IMG/VR virus record: IMGVR_UViG_3300032307_001129
Span: 2,427 to 66,426 of that record
Direction: 5' to 3' (one strand)
Length of the DNA stretch: 64,000 nt
DNA from: a virus
Shown: positions 59,302 to 64,000 of the stretch, one piece after another
Layout of the letters: each line of letters opens with the position of its first letter
Position numbering within the stretch: position 1 is the stretch's first letter
The notes under the pieces: generated by a model
Seen by the model: only the letters and a program-made list of their open reading frames with translations
The model's database searches: none
What the model was told of the DNA's origin: nothing
Position numbers and translations under genes: made by a program

Positions 59302-59891
59302 TTTTCACAATTTATTTTATACTGATACCATTTTAATTTAGGTTTTTCATTTTTGAAATAAAAACAAATAAGTTCTCTTGAGTTTTCGAAATATATTCGT
59401 TTTATATATCCTGAAGGAACTGTTGCACCTGAACTTAATTTTATACTATTTTCATCAAATAAAACTTCGATAGTGACAGTTATTGGTTCATAATTATCCC
59501 ATACCCTTTCTCGTTCTTCTAATATTCTCCATTCACCTCTATTTAGATATTGATTCTGTAACGAACAATTTAAAAATGAATAGGTTTCCCTAAGATTAGA
59601 TATGTTGTCTGAAAAAGAACCGGCAGGTACCAAATGACCTTTATCATATATGTTATTATGGTAGTCATCGTTATTTGAAGTATGGACACCTTTTTCCATA
59701 TAAAAATTTAAATTTTTATTTCTAACTTTTGATTTTCTATTAGTTGAACGATACGTAATTTCTAACGGTTGTTCTAATCTTTGGGAATATTTAACAGAAT
59801 ATATTGATTTTTTTATAAAAACAATATCACTTTGTATTGATGGTGATGTTGAAAATAAAAGTAATAATAAAATTATATTGTATTTTTTCAT
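59298..59891 (-). CDS. DNA/RNA non-specific endonuclease (NucA-like) with signal peptide
   Basis: YDKGHLVPA, NCSLQ...LNRGEWRILE, VPSGYIK. Confidence 0.88.
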   Translation of the reverse strand: MKKYNIILLLLLFSTSPSIQSDIVFIKKSIYSVKYSQRLEQPLEITYRSTNRKSKVRNKNLNFYMEKGVHTSNNDDYHNNIYDKGHLVPAGSFSDNISNLRETYSFLNCSLQNQYLNRGEWRILEERERVWDNYEPITVTIEVLFDENSIKLSSGATVPSGYIKRIYFENSRELICFYFKNEKPKLKWYQYKINCEK

Positions 59892-60442
59892 TTAGTTATA
59901 TTTTTAATGTGATTTAAAATTTTTTCTGTTATGTCTGATTCTATTTTGAATTCAATAAATGGAATATCATTATCACTTAATTTTTTTCTTATTTGTTGGT
60001 CAATATCTTTAGCCTCATTAAGATTTTGAAATCTTCCATTCTCGTTATATGTTTTATCATCTCTTATTAATAATATATTTAGACTATTATATTTCTTAAA
60101 TAAATTTAAAATAAAATTATCAAAAGAATCATCATAAAAAGAAGATGGATATGAAGTTTCTGTATCATAAAAATCTTTATATACCATACCCAATATAATT
60201 GGAGAATCTACAATAATATATTTAACTTTATTATATAATCTACTAATATTTCTATGTTGGTTAGCTGTTATATAAAATTGGTCTTTTATTGCTGAAAAAT
60301 TTTCTTCCCATGCGACTATTTTAGGGTATTCAAATGTTAACTCAACGTCCATATGCATTTTTTTCATTTCAGTAAATAGACTAGAACTTTGAGTTGATTT
60401 TCCAATACCAGGTCCTCCAAAAAAATTAATTATTAAACTCAT
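59888..60442 (-). CDS. P-loop kinase/ATPase (AAA_28/NadR-like)
   Basis: INFFGGPGIGKST, IIVDSP, GRFQ. Confidence 0.8.
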   Translation of the reverse strand: MSLIINFFGGPGIGKSTQSSSLFTEMKKMHMDVELTFEYPKIVAWEENFSAIKDQFYITANQHRNISRLYNKVKYIIVDSPIILGMVYKDFYDTETSYPSSFYDDSFDNFILNLFKKYNSLNILLIRDDKTYNENGRFQNLNEAKDIDQQIRKKLSDNDIPFIEFKIESDITEKILNHIKNITK

Positions 60443-60523
60443 TTTTTATTTTAAATATACTGTTTTTTTTTCGTTTTTTAAATATTTAATCTAAATTTGA
60501 GATATTTATAAATAAAAAAATAC

Positions 60524-60832
60524 ATGGATATCAACTCTTTATATACTGTTATTATCACAGTAGTAACGGTTTTAGGTTCAGCAAGTGCTTGGAGATTTTA
60601 CGAAAAAAGGGCAATGAGTAAAGAAAGAACTGAAAATTTTATGAAAGATGATTGTAGGGAAAGGATTTCTAAATTAGAGTTACTTTTAGAAAAATCATCA
60701 GTAGAAAAAAATGATATGAGGGATAAAATTTTAGAACTAACTCGTGAAGTTGCTGAACTAAGAGTGAAAGTTGAATTCTTGGAAGATAAAAATAAAGAAC
60801 TGTTAAAAAAAACAGGTACAATACAATTATAA
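60524..60832 (+). CDS. single-TM plus coiled-coil protein, possibly lysis-related
   Basis: N-terminal hydrophobic helix, heptad C-terminus. Confidence 0.55.
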   Translation: MDINSLYTVIITVVTVLGSASAWRFYEKRAMSKERTENFMKDDCRERISKLELLLEKSSVEKNDMRDKILELTREVAELRVKVEFLEDKNKELLKKTGTIQL

Positions 60833-61396
60833 CTAATGATTTTTAGTTAAAGAATCAAAAATATTGACAACATGGTTTAATGAATCATATGAAAAACATT
60901 CAGAATAACCGTGAAAATTTTCAAGTATGGGTCTAAATTTTTTTACACCCATATTTTTTTTAATTTTATCTTTTATCTTTTCTTCTAATTTTTCGGCATC
61001 AGGAGTGTCTATTCTCCGTAAAATGGTTTCTAATTTGTATCCTTCGTACCCATATTCTTTACTGAACCTACGAAAAATAAATTTCTTAGAAGTTATACCA
61101 ACTTTAATAAAAGTGTCACCAGTCTTCTCTTCTTTCATTATAATCAAATACAATGATTTTGGTAAATTTTTTATTATGGTTTCTTTTCTTTTTTTATGTT
61201 TGGATAGTTTTTTTAATACATATGATTTAGCGTCATCAATTTTACTAAATTCTTTCACATCTCTATATTTGTTCGGAAAATATTTTTTATATTTTTCCGA
61301 ACAAATTATTTTACCACTATCAACAACGATTATCGTTTTATTTTGTTTTATCTTTTCATAAAAAGAATAAAATCCAACTTTAAATAATGGTTCCAT
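60833..61396 (-). CDS. GIY-YIG/T5orf172-like nuclease
   Basis: LYLIIM...FIKVGITS...RRF...AEKLE...GYSECF. Confidence 0.65.
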   Translation of the reverse strand: MEPLFKVGFYSFYEKIKQNKTIIVVDSGKIICSEKYKKYFPNKYRDVKEFSKIDDAKSYVLKKLSKHKKRKETIIKNLPKSLYLIIMKEEKTGDTFIKVGITSKKFIFRRFSKEYGYEGYKLETILRRIDTPDAEKLEEKIKDKIKKNMGVKKFRPILENFHGYSECFSYDSLNHVVNIFDSLTKNH

Positions 61397-61467
61397 ATTT
61401 TTTTATTTTTATTTATTATAAATACAATTTTATAATAAAATAAAAATATTTATAAGTAAAACAACAC

Positions 61468-62280
61468 ATGATACTAAAAATTGGTTCAAAAGGTGAAGAA
61501 ATCAAAAAACTTCAAACAAAATTATCTTTAAATCCTGACGGTAATTTTGGTCCAGCAACCGAAACTGCAGTTAAAAAATGGCAAATGAAAAATGGTTTAA
61601 CACCTAATGGTGTTGTAACTGAAATAGTATGGAAAAAGTTATTTGATATAACGATTGTTGAAGAAAAAAGTAACAAATCATTAAACTTAGATAAATTAAA
61701 AGGACATATTCCAAATTCAGTTTTTATTCAGATTCCTAATACTGTTACAACTTTTGGTATCAACACACCATTAAGACTTGCTCATTTTTTAGCACAATGT
61801 GCACATGAAAGTGGTGGTTTTAAATCAGTACAAGAAAATTTAAATTATAGCGCTGATGGACTTATGGATATATTTAAAAAATATTTCCCAACAAGACAAT
61901 TAGCTGAACAATATCAAAGAAAACCTATTTTAATAGCATCTAAAGTTTACGGTAATAGAATGGGTAACGGTAATGAAAAATCGAAAGAGGGTTACAAATA
62001 TAGAGGTAGGGGATATATTCAATTAACAGGTAAAGAAAATTATGTTGCATTTGGTAAAGCAATAAATGAAGATATGGTAAATGAACCAGATAAAGTGGCA
62101 ACACATTATCCTTTATTATCTGCTGCTTGGTTTTTTACAAAAAATGGGTTACATAAAATGTCAGATAAAGGTTCAACCAATCAAATTGTAACGTTAATAA
62201 CAAAAAGAGTTAATGGTGGTGTTAATGGTTTAGACGATAGAATTAAATACTTTAAAAAATTTTATGATTTATTAAAATAG
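61468..62280 (+). CDS. endolysin: PG-binding domain plus GH19 catalytic domain
   Basis: LKIGSKG...DGNFGPATE; AHFLAQCAHESGG, YRGRGYIQLTG, TKRVNGG. Confidence 0.92.
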   Translation: MILKIGSKGEEIKKLQTKLSLNPDGNFGPATETAVKKWQMKNGLTPNGVVTEIVWKKLFDITIVEEKSNKSLNLDKLKGHIPNSVFIQIPNTVTTFGINTPLRLAHFLAQCAHESGGFKSVQENLNYSADGLMDIFKKYFPTRQLAEQYQRKPILIASKVYGNRMGNGNEKSKEGYKYRGRGYIQLTGKENYVAFGKAINEDMVNEPDKVATHYPLLSAAWFFTKNGLHKMSDKGSTNQIVTLITKRVNGGVNGLDDRIKYFKKFYDLLK

Positions 62281-62305
62281 AAAAAGGAGGTTAATACCTC
62301 CTTTT
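62281..62305. terminator. bidirectional hairpin terminator
   Basis: AAAAGGAGGT TAAT ACCTCCTTTT between convergent genes. Confidence 0.65.
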
Positions 62306-63916
62306 AAATTCGTTAATATCTGTTTCTGGTTTATTTTTAAGTGTTTTATCATTTGGGTCTGGTTGGTTCATTGGTTCATTACCTTCTAAATTAATTTCAG
62401 GATTATCAGACAGTAATCTTAAAAAAGCCTTTCTCGACATAAAATGTGATTGGTACGCACCACTTTTATCAGAGGAGTCATAAATACCATAAAATGTTTT
62501 ATCATCAATCGTACCGTTTATGGTATATTCTTCAACAATATATCTTACTGACTTATCTTCATCATTGTATTTATATAATTTAGTTTGTCTTTTATTATAA
62601 AATGGTTCGTATCTTATATTATTTTTTTCTAACCAGTCACCTTTTAAATAATCAAATATACCCATTTCCTTTGTGGATTTATGTTGTAATATACTAATAT
62701 GTTTATTAGTAAATTCCGTTTTAAGAATGTTAAATCTAGTTTTTAACATATCACCTAAAAGATAAGTGATACCTTCTTTAAATCCTAAATCAGTTAATTT
62801 TTTATGTAATAATTTAAAATTACCTTGATTTTTTCTTATTTCAGAAATTAAATTATAATTATCAAATTTATTTTTTGCGTTATCTCTAGTTGTGTTAAGA
62901 ATATATATTTTTCTTAATCCATCATCTAATGACATCCAAGATTCAGGTTTATGTAAACTATTATTTAATTCTATAAATCTTTTTTTAAGTAATCTACTTT
63001 GTTTTTTAAACTCGTAGGTACTTCCTTCATATTCACTTATTTGTCCAATAATACTTGTTATTTTTAATTCTTTTGACCCATCATATTCTTTTTTTACAAT
63101 TAAATCTTTTTGTTCTTTAAGTTTTGGGTATATTTTAACAATTTGGTCCCAAGACATTTCTATTTCACCATCGTTTTTTACAGATACTAATCTATAACCA
63201 TTAGTATTAAATGGTGAATTATCTTTTATAAGTGCACCTAAATAATATTTATCATTTTCCTTATTTTTTGATTCATCGATAACAAAATAAAAACTATATC
63301 CTCTTTGTCTATATGACCCCCACATATTGGAGTTTGTTGCCCATGTTACACACCATGGACTGCTCGATGATTTTTGTAGGTTATTAATTTTTTTAACATA
63401 ATAACCAAATTTTATTGATGTTATTTGATTTGGTATATCATAAACTCTAAAATCTCCATCACTAATTATTAAGTTTTTTTCACCATTCCATAATTTTTCA
63501 GAATTGTCATATATTTTTTCAGTTGGGTTTGACATTACACCAATATCATCATTATCTTCATCTTCTTGGTCAACATCACTATATTGTTCAATTAAAAAAT
63601 CAATTTGAAAAAAATTATATTTGGTAATATCTTTTAAATCATTTACATTAAATTTAACAAACCCACCATTACCATCATATCTATTTAAAAAAGAATTTAC
63701 TTGAGGTTGACCAGGTCTTAAATTATTTTTTACTTTATTAAATTCATTTATTAATCTTTCTGTTTCTTCAATAGTTAAATTAGGATCACCTGTTTTCCAT
63801 TTTTCAAATAAGTTATTAACAAGTTGTCTATTTTTTATTTCCTCAAGAATAATATTTTCACTATTCATTTTTTTAGTCAATTCTTTTAATTGATTTTCAT
63901 TAATAATAATTTTCAT
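62291..63916 (-). CDS. large hypothetical protein sharing a core domain with the 17915 ORF
   Basis: Start chosen at MKIIINENQL; SPWCVTW...NMWGSYR...FYFVID. Confidence 0.65.
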   Translation of the reverse strand: MKIIINENQLKELTKKMNSENIILEEIKNRQLVNNLFEKWKTGDPNLTIEETERLINEFNKVKNNLRPGQPQVNSFLNRYDGNGGFVKFNVNDLKDITKYNFFQIDFLIEQYSDVDQEDEDNDDIGVMSNPTEKIYDNSEKLWNGEKNLIISDGDFRVYDIPNQITSIKFGYYVKKINNLQKSSSSPWCVTWATNSNMWGSYRQRGYSFYFVIDESKNKENDKYYLGALIKDNSPFNTNGYRLVSVKNDGEIEMSWDQIVKIYPKLKEQKDLIVKKEYDGSKELKITSIIGQISEYEGSTYEFKKQSRLLKKRFIELNNSLHKPESWMSLDDGLRKIYILNTTRDNAKNKFDNYNLISEIRKNQGNFKLLHKKLTDLGFKEGITYLLGDMLKTRFNILKTEFTNKHISILQHKSTKEMGIFDYLKGDWLEKNNIRYEPFYNKRQTKLYKYNDEDKSVRYIVEEYTINGTIDDKTFYGIYDSSDKSGAYQSHFMSRKAFLRLLSDNPEINLEGNEPMNQPDPNDKTLKNKPETDINEFKRRY

Positions 63917-64000
63917 GTTTACTTTTTCTTTTTTAATAAATATTTTATTTTTATGTAAAACTAATATTTTTTTAAATATATAATACTTATAAATATTCAA

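Noticed and set aside
62281-62305. AAAGGAGGT/ACCTCCTTT hairpin as a fourth member of the SD/anti-SD set
   Set aside because: It lacks the AAACG part, overlaps the KRRY* codons, and is adequately explained as a bidirectional terminator.
1-64000. Stop-codon reassignment
   Set aside because: Conserved genes are full length in the standard code, and TAA, TAG and TGA all end genes.

Overview
This is a very AT-rich, gene-dense 64 kb segment of a large T4-like tailed phage, probably a jumbo phage. The host is most likely Bacteroidota: there are TTTG-N20-TAnnTTTG promoters, A-rich starts without Shine-Dalgarno (SD) sites and a DUF4494-like gene. The window holds the head module (terminase, portal, prohead protease, scaffold, major capsid protein), a late sigma factor and nucleotide-metabolism genes (dut, phoH, dCMP deaminase). 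It also holds about nine glycosyltransferase-like genes, Hsp20, a ClpC-like ATPase lacking its N-domain, a tmRNA, a GH19 endolysin and many unknown proteins sharing (I/L)xE-plus-helix terminal motifs. The most notable signals are: (1) two unannotated small RNA-like elements (about 40341-40431 and about 43650-43755) and the leader of gene 58720 share an 11-nt core, AAACGAAAGGA, in complementary orientations, suggesting an sRNA/sponge/target circuit built on SD/anti-SD sequence; (2) a LAGLIDADG endonuclease sits between two versions of the dCMP deaminase C-terminus; (3) three tandem paralogs have fixed ends and hypervariable 30-aa repeats; (4) the tmRNA has a non-canonical T-loop and a long, atypical tag. 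All functional calls come from motif recognition by eye; no searches were run.
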